Origin: Wallemia ichthyophaga EXF-994
Taxonomy: Eukaryota; Fungi; Basidiomycota
NCBI RefSeq assembly: GCF_000400465.1
Contig: NW_008806299.1
Span: 1 to 32,000, forward strand
Direction: 5' to 3'
DNA length: 32,000 nucleotides
Shown here piece after piece: positions 10,437 to 22,369 of this stretch; position 1 is the first letter of the stretch; the number at the start of each line of letters is the position of its first letter. A program made the translations under genes and the position numbers. The notes under the pieces are model-generated. The model was not told where the DNA came from, made no database searches, and saw only the letters and a list, made by a program, of their open reading frames with translations.

Positions 10437-12797
10437 ATGGAGAGAAATGCGGGGCATGAAGTGGAGAGGGAAAGACCAACGAGAGCGTGTGAGCTGAGCG
10501 TGAAGGGGTAATATTCCAATGCTTATGCAACTCCCCAGGTGATGGTTGCAGGTAAGCAGAGACTCTTATCTCAGCGCTGATCCTCACGATTTCCAGAAAG
10601 AAGAAGATCAAGTGGGCTCTGCCATTTCCGGTGATCTCCGCTGACAGTTTCTAGGTGCAATGGCCCTGTTAAATTCCCGGAGATTTGCAGCAATTGCAAG
10701 ACGTTCCACCTGGAGTGCTCATACAACGATCCAGCACCAAAGCGAGGATTCACAGTGGCCTACGTGCGCGAATTAGAACGCAAGGTGAGCTTTTATATCG
10801 CTTGTGCATCGCCGTCTCTCACGCTTTATAAGGTGTCGCTATACGAGGCATTAGTGGAGAGATTGGCGCCAGGGCGAAATTTGCACGAGGATGTGGAGAG
10901 TGTGGCGAGCACCACGGCTATTATGCCACCCAAGCGGAGACGGGTGGATTCGGACTCCGGTTTGAGTTCGTCCCTTGCAAGCACTCAGCTGGACACACCG
11001 TCCACTTCTTCCCTCCCGCAAAACCCTTCAAAAATAGGTCATGAAGATGACGAATTAGAGCATCCCAGCGACTCGGACGACGACAGTGGTCTTCACGAAG
11101 AACAGGAACACCGCTACTTCAGAGGTGTGAAGGGCATACTCAAGACGCTTAAGTCTTATTCTGCAGGCCCGTCTACACCCCCGCTTTCCACCCAGCAGAG
11201 ACCTGAATATTGGAGTCCGCACAAGCATCTCGAGGAAGACAGCTACATCGATCCATACTCAAATGAGGATTTTGGAGACGAGAGGCTGTACATGCTGCTG
11301 GTGGAGATATACTTCGAGAAAGTCAACAGCACTCTTCCGCTCCTCAACAAGAAGCGCTTTGTGGCAGAAGTGCGGCACAGGAAGCTGGAGAGAAAGTTCG
11401 CTAGCATACTTATACTCGTGTGTGCACTAGGTGCGCTCTACTGCGATGACCCCAGAGTTCTGAATCAGCCTGAACGATTTAGATTCTTGTCGGGAAGTAG
11501 CTTCCTCGCTACGTACAAAAGGAAATCACCCGATTACAGCTTGTCGGCTGCCACGCTGGAGGACATACAGGCACTCATTTTGCTTCAGATGTTCGTGCAG
11601 CGCTCTGCGCATCTCAAGAGCAGCTGGAACTTGAACGGTGCGGCGCTCGTCATTGCCGAGGACATGGGCCTGCACATGCAGCAGACGGACCTCGGAGATA
11701 ACGAGAGAGAAGCTCGCAATCGCGCTTTCTATTGCATATACCTCTTTGATAGGTCGCTTAGTGCAGCGTACGGCAGACGCATCCTCTTTAAGGACGAAAA
11801 TCTCAACCTGGAACTCCCCAAGCTGCTGCCGGAAGAGTGTGGAGCTGAAGAGGAGTACAGCGTGCTTTATTTTAATCACATGGTTAAGCTGTACAACATC
11901 CAGGGACAAATTACTCAGTCGCTGCACTCACTCAAAAACGCTAACGAGAAGGAGGATATCACCAAGGTCGTCGCGTGCATGAGTTCGAATTTGAATCGAT
12001 GGCTAGAGGACGTACCTGAAAAACTTAGGTATAAGGATGAGTGTACGAATGAACTCGTCTTTCAGCTGATGGGCAATCTTCGCATTGCATTTTTTAACAT
12101 ACAGATATTCATGTACAAGAACTTCGTTCCCCACCCGCACACGAAGAAGGTATCGAGATTCAAAATGCAGAGTTTGATGATATGCGCAAATGCTGCGCGT
12201 TCGCTACTCAGTATCTTCAACATCATGGAGCTGAAGAGATCTATCGTACAGAACTACATTGACGTAATGTTGAACTTGAGCGTGGGTGTATAGATCTACG
12301 GGATAAATAATTCTAACGACACTGCAAAGCCATTTAACGCTGTCGTCATACTGATACTCAGCGCATGTGAAAGCAGAAGATGCGGTCAAGATGACCAGAA
12401 CTCAGACCTCGAGTACATTGAAACAGGTGTGAATGTTCTGCGCAGGAGGGAATTTAGAGACATAGTAGCAGGAAAATCACTCGACGTTGTCTTGCACCTT
12501 ATAGAAGCATGCCAATTGCCGGTCGACACGACATCGAAAAGACGGCGGAGCAACGATATGCATTTTGCATGGCTCAAACCGATGACCGATATGAATAGCG
12601 TAGACAGCACGTCAGCATTGGATGATAGCGGCACGGAGCGGGATGACCAGCTGCTCCTAACGAACATGTTCAATCTTATGCAATCAAATCCAATAGACAG
12701 CACCTTCGATAGCACGTTCAATGACCTTGTCACACCCACGGACAATGCAGATCTCGAATGGAACGATTTTCTGACGTCGGTCTTTCAGAATCAGTGA
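10437..12797 (+). CDS. Zn(II)2Cys6 (Gal4-like) transcription factor with fungal middle homology region, about 708 aa, 6 exons
   Basis: Introns at 10489-10538, 10552-10596, 10612-10654, 10785-10832 and 12282-12329 give ACDGCRKKKIKCNGPVKFPEICSNCKTFHLEC and a 2127-nt frame. MHR motifs: YFEKVNSTLPLLNKKRF, EDMGLH, RNRAFYCIYLFDRSLSAAYGR. Confidence 0.93.
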
Positions 12798-12830
12798 TTC
12801 TTAAATTTAATAACAAAACGTACAAAGCTT

Positions 12831-12850
12831 ATAGATATAGATATAGATAT
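12831..12850. repeat. (ATAGAT)3+ microsatellite in the 115-bp convergent gap between the Zn cluster and LEA genes
   Basis: Read directly. TA-rich elements of this kind often act in fungal 3'-end formation. Confidence 0.8.
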
Positions 12851-12912
12851 GTAGAAAAGTGTATTTGATTTAAATACTTGAATTTCCTTTGCATCTCAAA
12901 TCTCTAGTGCAA

Positions 12913-13338
12913 TTACTGGGTCTTGTTCTTGACCTCGTTTGCGGCATCTGAAACCTTACCGGCGGCTTTGTTTGTGAGATCTTGAGCTTTGTCTTTGGTG
13001 CTTGAGGCTGCGTCTTCGACGTGCGGCTTAAGTTGTTCTGCAGTCTTAGTGGAGGCTTGCTTCGCCGCTGTGGCATTGCCTTGGACTTGCTCAGTTGCAC
13101 CCTCAGCGCCCTGCTTGGTTTGGTCGGCCAATTCGCTCCCTTTAGCAGATGTCCTGTCTCCTGCTGCCTTGGCGCCGTCTTTCATTGCCTCTGCTTGCTC
13201 AGCGGCTTTCTGCTTTTCGTCCTTGCCGAATACAGCTTGCTTCACATTGTCTGTTACAGAGAGGCGGGAAGTCGAGGTGGTGAAGGCTCTTGGCTTGCAT
13301 GCGCTGGTAAACTGTCTGGTAAATTGTCTAATGAACAT
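12913..13338 (-). CDS. LEA-like hydrophilin with predicted mitochondrial presequence, 141 aa
   Basis: N-terminus MFIRQFTRQFTSACKPRAFTTSTSRLS is Arg/Thr/Ser-rich with no acidic residues. The remainder is A/K/Q/E/T/D-rich, lacks W/Y/C and has group-3 LEA-like 11-mers (TKDKAQDLTNK, AAGKVSDAANE). Confidence 0.75.
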   Translation of the reverse strand: MFIRQFTRQFTSACKPRAFTTSTSRLSVTDNVKQAVFGKDEKQKAAEQAEAMKDGAKAAGDRTSAKGSELADQTKQGAEGATEQVQGNATAAKQASTKTAEQLKPHVEDAASSTKDKAQDLTNKAAGKVSDAANEVKNKTQ

Positions 13339-13402
13339 TTTTTTCGAAGTGTCAATTCAACTTGCTAATTGGTGTATTAAATATTTTTTGGTGTAATCCA
13401 TT

Positions 13403-13767
13403 ATGACGTTTTGTGTGACGACTTATATTCTTGTTTTGGATTTCTGCCTGATGTAAGAGTAGAAGGTGTTTGCTTTTTCGATTGGTGCAATAAATTTGCT
13501 TTCCCGTCCGTCGCTTAATCGCTTTCCGTGCGTTGAATTAAAGCAAATCCGCGCACTTACACTCCCCCCATTTTACTCCAAAAGCCCTTTACATCGGCAC
13601 AGATGTCTCTCTTAGTTTTCGCCTTTTAAATTCATTTGTAACATTAATTTACGCGCCCCTTGCATCTTGAAACATCATCCGTCTTTCTCAAGCCCCTCAT
13701 TCCACATAATACCTCCCCAACGTGGACTGTAACGAAAGGTCAGTGCTGAGAGCTCCTTAAGTATAAA
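13403..13767. promoter_or_regulatory. Divergent promoter with CRE/M26-like ATGACGT (13403-13409), two STRE CCCCT (13656, 13693) and TATAAA (13762-13767)
   Basis: Motifs read directly between the LEA-like ATG (13338, -) and the secreted protein ATG (13833, +). They are short, so function is inferred. Confidence 0.45.
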
Positions 13768-13832
13768 TTCGATCTATTTCCTCTTTTATTTGTATCAACA
13801 ACAAGCCACACACTAGTTACAAAATTTCACAA

Positions 13833-14628
13833 ATGTTCAAGACTCTTTTAGCAATTGCTTCAGTCGCAGGTTAGTGTACTAGAGAGCTCTCTAAACGCAA
13901 AGTAACATCCGCTAGCATTGATTGTTGCCGCACCACTCCCAAGCCAGCCGGCTGATCAGGTATCACAACTCGACGACGGTTTCGGCCACATCGAGAACAT
14001 CATCAACCACAAGAGAACGTGGTCAACTTTTGATGCAGTAAATAATCTCGGCACGTCCGAAGACTTTACTCACGCAATGTCCGGCTTCGAGCAGCTCGAC
14101 AACAAGCTTAAAACGGACAGCGCTGAGTCCTGCGTCGAGTGGACTACTGGATTAGTCGACCAACTAAGAATAGCAGTCAAGGGCTGCGTCGACAACATAA
14201 ACGCGTCGGACCAAAGCAACATCCAAGCAAACGGTGACGCAATTGCGGGGCTTTTAGCCAGCGATCTTGGTCTCTTGGTTGAGAGGTCCGCACCAAAATT
14301 AGATGCACTCCTCAAGTCCAATGTTGATGTCGCACGTTTGGTGCAACCACTCGACGTCGAAATCAAGGCGCTTTTGGATTTACTCAATGGCCTCATCCCA
14401 GACTTTAGTGTCAGAATTGTTACCCAATTAAGAGCATCAGGCTACTACGAGATTTCAACACTTCTTTATGCTCTTTTCCAAGGCCACGTCGGTGGTTTCT
14501 TGTCAGGACTTGTCGCTAATGTGGGCGGTGTGCTCGGCAGTGTCCTCAACATTCTCAGTCTCGGTGGTGGAATTCGAATTGGTGGTGGCTTACTTGGTGG
14601 TGGTGTCGGTATTGGCATTCAATTATAA
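13833..14628 (+). CDS. Secreted prepro-protein, about 249 aa, helical core with Gly-rich hydrophobic tail (possibly Sc15-like)
   Basis: Intron 13870-13915 restores signal peptide MFKTLLAIASVAALIVAAP. Dibasic KR Kex2-like site at NHKR|TW, two Cys, C-terminal GG-hydrophobic repeats. The Sc15 resemblance is from memory only. Confidence 0.8.
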
Positions 14629-15374
14629 TTACTATAATTTCAACACTGGACAATTTCTTGTAACTATGTAGCCCAATACACGCTCGTTAATAACATTCCA
14701 ATGTCATTCCTGTGAAAGGTGGCATGCAGTGAAATGTAGTACATCAGTCTGGTTATGAAGATACTGTCATTAATAACCATCTCTACGCTCTGCAATTGTA
14801 AATAAAGACTTGAGAGAAAAAGCTTAGACTAAAGATGAGACACCAGATGTGTTTGCAGTTCCACTTCCTCAATTGCTAGACGCTGGCGTGAACTTGAGTA
14901 GGTGAAGCATTTTGCTTCATTTATGCTAAATAGACTTTAGACGCGGGTAACTTGGAAGCACCCGTCAATGGAGGATTAGTTGACAATTTACTCGGAAACT
15001 TGACATATTAGATGGATATTCTCATTTTAGGTGTAAAGTTACCAAGATAATCATTCATGTACACATTTTTATCAGCTTTAGTAAAATACGCGCGCCGGAA
15101 AAGCTGTCTCTGTTCAAATGCCAGTGTCTCACATCTGCATATGTAATGATTAAAGTAAAATCCTCACTTGCAAACGTTATTTAATAAACTTTCCTAAAAG
15201 TAAATTTTCACGTTTCCGGGTATCTCGAATAACAACACTTCTATGAAGTTTTACCACTCCAATGCATGCGTCAGGCTGACGTTAGGAACTAAAACTTAGA
15301 AAGCCACAATGTAACTGATGACTTTAACTTCCGAAACTCTGCAACTCTGCTGGGTCTAGTTTTGCGACCCAAAG

Positions 15375-15874
15375 ATGCGATCTCCAGCATCCATTTTCGA
15401 CGAGCTGGTATCAAGAACGCCTCTATTGACGCCTGAAGTTATTCATCGACCGCCACTTTGTGCTGCAATAGATGGTGTTGAATCGGCTCATATCAGGTGT
15501 AGTAAGTCTAGTATACGTGATCGCGTCTGTCTCATCAATAGATTCTAGTACTTCAACTCCTTAATGACGATTTCCAGGGATGCCAAGAGACGATATCGCT
15601 ATATCATGGCAATGATAATCTGTTAAAGTACATGAAAGCAGTGTGTTTGAGAAGAATGCTCGATTTTGAAGCCTCTTTCGCCTTATTTGAGGAGCTGCAC
15701 AAAGAAAAATACCCCCTAATAGATGAAATCTATAAGCGGCCACTCACGTATAATAAATTCCTAGATAAAGTAGTCGAATTGGAAATTAGAGATAATAACG
15801 CTATGCGTTACAATCTGGAAGCCATACAATTCTCAGAACTGAAAATACTGTACAAGCACGCCTTATTAGCTTAA
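15375..15874 (+). CDS. Hypothetical protein, about 150 aa, 2 exons
   Basis: Intron 15502-15548 (GTAAGT...TAG) joins MRSPASIF...SAHIRC to ILQLLNDDFQGCQETISLY...MKAVCLRRMLDFE, giving a 453-nt frame. The ORF track shows only the last 80 aa. Confidence 0.65.
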
Positions 15875-15954
15875 GATGATGTAATTAATTGTCACCAATT
15901 TTACGATTTCAAGATTACCTCTAATCAAATCTCGGTCTCCGGTCTTCTCTAACG

Positions 15955-16953
15955 ATGGACGTGCTAAGCGTGATCAAAGAGTACAGCCCGGTTTTGCTGG
16001 CTATTTCTAAATATGCAGTGGTTGTGATTTTGGCACTCAATTTCAATTCATTTCCCCTCGTTTGGCATTTCCGAACGTTTGGTCGAGTCTACTGGCACAG
16101 TTTCTTTGAGGATCATAACAAATCTGTTGGGATAAACCCATTTAAGACGGTCTCTACAACTAAGTTTAGGGCTACGATGGATGACTGTGACGCCTTCGGC
16201 TTTCATCTATCAAACAGTTCCTACGCCAAAAACCTCGACACAGCTCGATTGGATGCCTGGACAACTCTTAACTTTAGATTATTCAAGGAGGCTAAGATTT
16301 GGACGCCTTTGGGTGCTTCAACCTACTACTTCATCAAGGAGATCCCATTTGGAAAGAAGTATGAAATTAAGGTTGGTGCTGCTGGCATTTCTGTTTTTAT
16401 CTTCTAACATATGCAGACATCTATTGGCGCCTACGAGAATGACAAGTGGTACTACTTTTTAAGCAAATTCGTTTCGAAGAAATCAAAAAAGGCGGCTCAA
16501 AAATCTTCCAACGGTAACCCCACTCACTTGGCTACTGCTGGCTCTCACGCTCTTTCACCGGAAGCTGCTTCAGGAACCTCGACTCCATTGTCAACATCAA
16601 AAGACGCCGCTCAAAACAACTTGATTGCACAGGCCTACAATGAGCTCGAATCGGATGAAGAACTCAATTGCGTTGCTATTACTCAGTACTGTTACAAGTG
16701 CGGAAGAATGACTATACCACCACCAATAGCGTTAGGGTTAGCTGGATTAGGAGAACATGGAAAGAAGAATCATGCAATTTTTGAAAAGTTAGTCAAGGAG
16801 CGCAAACTCAAAGATTACGCCAAAAGTGGTTTCAAGGATGGTGCATTCGGTGATATCGAGTTGAACATCAATGATTTGGAAGTTGTCAATGCGCAACGCA
16901 TCGCACCTTACAAAGTGTTCAATGAGTCTTTATCTGCTTTCAAGTCTCACTAG
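15955..16953 (+). CDS. Hotdog-fold thioesterase-like protein (THEM6/YBR096W family), about 317 aa, 2 exons
   Basis: N-terminal hydrophobic anchor, SFPLVWHFR, DDCDAFGFHLSNSSYAKNLDTAR, LGASTYYFIKEIP, DKWYYFLSKF and KCGRMTIPP. Intron 16372-16416. Confidence 0.85.
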
Positions 16954-17347
16954 ATTTTTCATTTCATGTCACCACTAATTCTGTAGATAATGCTTGCTTA
17001 TTTAGGTTCTTTGAGACATACGGGTACTTCTTTTTTTCTCTCTGAAAGTTGTGAGATTTAATGGACTGCTCAACAATGAAGATGGCTCGATACAGCTCTT
17101 TCGAAGACAAAAGCACCGAATTGTTTAGCAGAAATAATGTATCGAAAAATAAGGCCATTATTTAGACCATCTGCTCACCCATGCCCTACTCGGCCAGTTT
17201 TTTATTTATTTATATTTACTCATTAATCAATGTCTGAAATCAACAAATACCAATGAACCCATTAATTTATTAGTACACGTGAACCCTATAAATACACCCG
17301 AGTAAAACCAAATATGTGAACTAAACACTTTTCGTTTTCTTCACCTC

Positions 17348-20300
17348 TCACTGGAGGTCTCGTAAAAAACCACCCTTCTCGAAACTCTCAGTTGAGTTTT
17401 CGCTGTATATGCCGTTGACATATTTATCCTTGTCAATCAAACCTGCAATCAATCTGTTGTTCAACAAGTCAAAGTTGATTGGCTTGGTGAAGAAGGCTGA
17501 TGAGTAAATTAGTTAAGGCAACATCCATCAGCTATCAACTCACCATCAAATCCACACTCTATCAATGCGTCGTGATCATTTGGTGATATAGATGCAGATA
17601 CTGCAAAAATTGGTATTCTTTTGTTAATGCGATGCCAATTACGGCCTTTAACTTTTCCGGCTTTCTCCGCTTGTCTTATGCTTTCGCATGAATTGTAACC
17701 GTCCTTTATGGGCATCATGAGATCCATCAAGACCACATCAAAGCCTTTTTCGTCGTTTATTACAGCTTCTGCACCTGCTTCACCATTGTTTGCCAGCTCA
17801 ACTGTGCAGCTGTCACCCTTGGATAGCTTCTTCTTCAGTATATTGCGATTGATTGGATCATCGTCAATATAGATCACTCTGGCTGGAATTTCTGGTATAA
17901 CATTGTCATCCTCATGCACTTCTTCGTGCTCCTTATCTTCCATTATCACATCACTCTTGCTATTAACAGTTTCGGTATCTGCCACCCTCAAGCCCTCGAT
18001 ACCCTCACTGACTGAATGTATATCGTTTTGCGGTATGGAAGTTGAACGTCCAGGAGCAGCCTTGATTGGAAAAGCGCTATCTTGAACTTGAAATCTACCT
18101 TTTCTTGAACGCCTCTTAGCTTTTGTGCTACTGCTTCCGCTGTCACCACTGCTACTGGCACTCTTGCTTCCGCCAATACTTTGGTCAGAATCACCAGGGC
18201 GTGCCCTTTGTGGAATTTTTTGTGCAGTGGATGATTCAGAATTCTTTGTCAGACCGGATCCTGAAGACGATGGTGCTAAGGCTTCAACAAACGAGTCAAG
18301 CTCACTTCTTTGTTGTAAGTCTTTTCCAATCGTTTGAACTTCATCACTTGTGACAGTATCCCCTTCTGTTTGAGGAGCTTTGTTTCGGTATTTGATTCGC
18401 ACTGAACGCTCAGAGAGATCAGAGCTACCAGGGTTTGAAGCACTCTAGAAATGATGTTAGATAAGAATATCACCTAGATCCATCTACCCACCTCTAAAGT
18501 CGCCTTATCTGGTAGATTAAAAGGAAGAATTGCTGTGAATACGCTACCTTTTCCAGGCTCGGATGAACACTTCAACTGTCCGTCAAGTTGCTCTATGGCT
18601 CTAGCACACGATGCCAAACCGAGTCCCAAATTAATATCGGATCCATCACTGCCTCCGCTTTCTGTTAATTGAAAATCAACCTTTTCGAATCCTGTAAACA
18701 AAGCTTCAAGCTTTTGCTTTTTTATGCCGACACCTTCGTCTTGAACAGTGAGTGCAATGTTTGCTCTATTAGACTCCTTATCTAGTTCATTGAGGCCGAC
18801 GAAAATATTACCGCCATCTTTATTGTATTTTACTGCATTGCTTATGAGAGATGTCAATATGGTACGAAGCTGTAGCATGTTAGCATTGCTTGTTCTAACA
18901 AGTTATCACCCGCCTTTCTATGATCGCTAATGACATGAGAGTGAATATGCTTGACATTCACTTTGAGATTGAGACTACGTCTCTCCACTTCTTGTTTAAA
19001 TTCCTGCACAGTTTCAGAAACAAGATGTTTCAAGTGAACTGGCTCATTGAAAAGCACCTCCTGACCAGAATCAACCTTTGTAAGATCAAGTAGATCATTG
19101 ATTGTGAATAACAAACTCTTTGATGCATCTCTGCTGCGTGTCAAGTTTTCTCTCGTTTCGTTGTCAAGATTGCCTTCCAATGCCAATTCAACGTAATTTA
19201 TTATGTGATTGAGAGGAGTTCTGACTTCATGTGAGGCATTCGATAGCAAAATACGAGACAGGTGACTGGTTTTGCTGAGTTCAGTCTTTTGCCTCCATAT
19301 CTCGATAAATTTACCATAAACAACCGCAAGTACACCTGCAGTCTCGAGCTGCTCGTCTTCCCATTGCTTCGCGGACATCATAACCTCTTCTGTCCACTTT
19401 TTAAAGCTTGCTCTTGGTTGTAAAGAAATATTCTTGTTCTTATTAGGATTTCCTGCCCATGACACTGACGACATTTCACCTCTTCTCAAGAAGCAGATAA
19501 AGTCTTCAGTAGTTTTAGAAAGGGGTATGTAAAGTAATCCAGCTATAGATCCGATTGAGCTGCTTGCCTCTAGTTCAGGAAAGTTTTTGTTTATGTTGTT
19601 TGTATAAATCATTTGCTCAAATCTTTGCATTCGCAAAAACTCTCCAATTGCTATAACTTCTCTACTACGATTCATATCGCCTAGAATTTTCATTGTGTCT
19701 CCAATAGACAAAAGCCCATAATCCGCATCAAAGACACTAAGTAAATCAAGTGCTGTAGATGCTATGTAACCACCAGGGTGAGTTTCTGATGGAACTGTGG
19801 ATATCAACTTTCTTGATTGAAGTCGGCGTGTGTATGCCAGCCTCTCTACGTTACGTGAAATAGAGTCTGAAAGTAGCTTGAGAACTTGCAACATTGGGAA
19901 TGTTACACGCATTCCATTATCACCGCTACTATGACACGCTACCAGACCGTAAAGCTGACCAAATACTACTATACTGATTGAGAGTGAGGCTCTGACATTC
20001 ATGTTTCCGAGATATTTGATGTGTATTGGCGACATTGCTCGAAGAGAACAATTGGACATATCTAAAGGATATGCTAAATCTATACCATCGCGAACGACCA
20101 TTCTTGCAGTAAGCTTATCTCTATCGTATAACTGACGAACTTTGTTTCTCTTGTAGAGATCGCGCGCTTGTGCGGGGATGTCAGATGAAGGAAAGTTTAA
20201 GCCATGATAGAGATCCTTCATCCTTTGCCAGTCAACTAGTTCGGCGACAACCTTGCCGTTGTACTCAGGGTCAAATTGATACAACATTATTCTGTGAAAC

Positions 20301-22369
20301 TGAGTCAAATCCTTGACCATACCAACAGTGACATCGAAAAGCTGTTGGACATCATTAACGGAGCTAAGCTGCTCATTTATCTCTCCCAACAAGCCAACAA
20401 TATCTAATGATGACAGACTACCTGGCATATTCATGCTTCTTTGAACTTTCGATCTAGCTTGTGCACGTCTATGTGACTTTCGACGCTTCTCGGCTGCTTC
20501 TTCATCCTCATTTGCTTGATTAGCGTTTTCAAGTAAGGTTGCGACCCTTTGACGTGTTTCGTGAGTACGTTCGGCCTTTCTTATTCTCGCAAGAGTTTTA
20601 AGCGGCCTGTGATATGGAGTTGTGCTACGACGAATATCTTCAATAGAAACATCGTCGTTACCGTGAGATGCATCAACTGCTTCATTTGTCATGCGCGTTT
20701 GCTGACGATGTCTTTTTTCATCTTTAAATTTATTGCCTTCACCTGGCACTGCATGTACGGTTTCACTAGATTGCGTGGTCCCAGTATTGCCACCTTTCCC
20801 AGAATTAGAGGTCAAAGCCGCAGTCGTAGAGCCCGTATCATGGGTAACACCGGATGATGGATTTTTTCCGCTTGAGCTAAGATTGAGATCTAAAGACTCG
20901 GCTGGTTTTGCGTCTCTGGCATCAAATTCTTTCGGTAATTTGGAAACTTCATCTACATATGCAGGGTATTTGAGCGATACGATCGGTTCAAACTCTAATA
21001 TGTAAAATCCTTGTCTGCCAAACACCTCTTCAGGAGGTGGATAGTGTTTATTGAGAGGTGGTGGTAGTTCTGGTTTGTGAACAGCACTATCAAATTCGTA
21101 AGATTGTAATAAGAGCTTGGGTACCATACTCACCACCAACAAGTCCAGACCTTGTTATGATTACTTTCGTCAGAGAAAGCACTGTCGCTGTACTGATCTT
21201 GTAAGTTAATATCCCCACGGCCACTGACAGCAAACACTTGAGCTTTGTCTTTTTCAAAAACCCCAGAACTATCGGATCCGGAATCATCCACAACAGCCAA
21301 ATCGAAGAGAATGTCTCTCATTTTTAATCTGCTGTCATTGTCGAGGATGTTGGTAAAACAATTTAGGGAGAAGAGGAATTCTGGCGAACAGCCAATAATG
21401 TCAGGACAATTTTCTGATGCTTGACGGACGATGGAGTTGCCATTGTCGTCATTTTGTAGCACAATCATAGCTCCGAATGGCTGAATTGCACCAGGCCTAC
21501 TGATTGGTTCGTCCTCACACTTTTTCATCTTTGAGTTGTGGTGTGTGATCAAGTAGAATTCACCGTTCTCTTCGTAATATTGGAATCGCCTCGTAGTTGG
21601 TAGAGGTGATTCTTCATCCGCCAATGAATTAATGGATGATTCACCTTCACTTTGATCAATTGGAATTTCATTTATAGGAATTGATGGTTTATTGAGATTA
21701 TTTGCTTTAGATAGCTTATCTTTGTGTATGTCCATTGCTTCCGCTGCAGTAGAAGGTTGTTTCTGAAACATATGTAAATATTAAGCAGCTTGACTATTTA
21801 TAACTCACCCTAGTACCATCCTCATCGCTTCTGCTGCCAGAAGAGTTCGAATCTCCCATATCTTCCATTTTAGTGGCAATGTGGTCACGCTCACGCATTT
21901 CCTCTTCTTCCTTAGTGGGACCTGCGCTATCATCAGCACCATTAGAAAGACTTGTGCTTGATAATTGAGCCTGCATTTCCTCATCTTCTGGCAAAGGCTG
22001 ATTCGGATCATTGAGATGAACATTTCTGTCAATACCCCTTGGGACCGACCTCGGCTGGCTAACTGAGGAGCTGACTTTCTCATTTTCAGCTTTGCGTCTA
22101 TCGAAATTTGCGTGATTTGCAGTTGGTGAAGTTGGCTGCTGGGTTGGAGCGCAGTCGTTTTTGCTCTCCTCTTGGATGAAATCCTTGCTCGTATTGTTAC
22201 TGTCGCTGGCAATGCTCGATTGAAGATCCCAGTCCTGCTCACCTCGCGCTGAGCTAGCTTCGGCGTCAGCGTGAGATGCACTGGGCGCAGAGCTTAGAGA
22301 CAACGTCGAAGTAGTTCTATTAAAGACGCTGCGTACGGGAAATACGAATTCCCCTTCGCTATCGCCCAT
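17348..22369 (-). CDS. fphA: Fungal phytochrome 1 (NTE-PAS-GAF-PHY-HisKA-HATPase-REC), about 1596 aa, 6 exons
   Basis: Motifs: KCEDEPISRPGAIQPFG (bilin Cys, codon 21517-21519), FPSSDIPAQARDLY, LRAMSPIHIKYL, ACH, WAGNP, PRASFKKW, SHEVRTPL, SNAVKY, DEGVGI, GLGLA, DDDPIN/MDLMMP/KP receiver. Introns at 21763-21808, 21087-21133, 18870-18913 (GC-AG), 18445-18491 and 17497-17543 give a 4791-nt frame. Confidence 0.95.

Noticed and set aside
12989-13396. Alternative-frame and antisense ORFs overlapping the LEA-like gene
   Set aside because: Typical shadows of Ala/Lys-rich coding sequence, with non-ATG starts and no domain.
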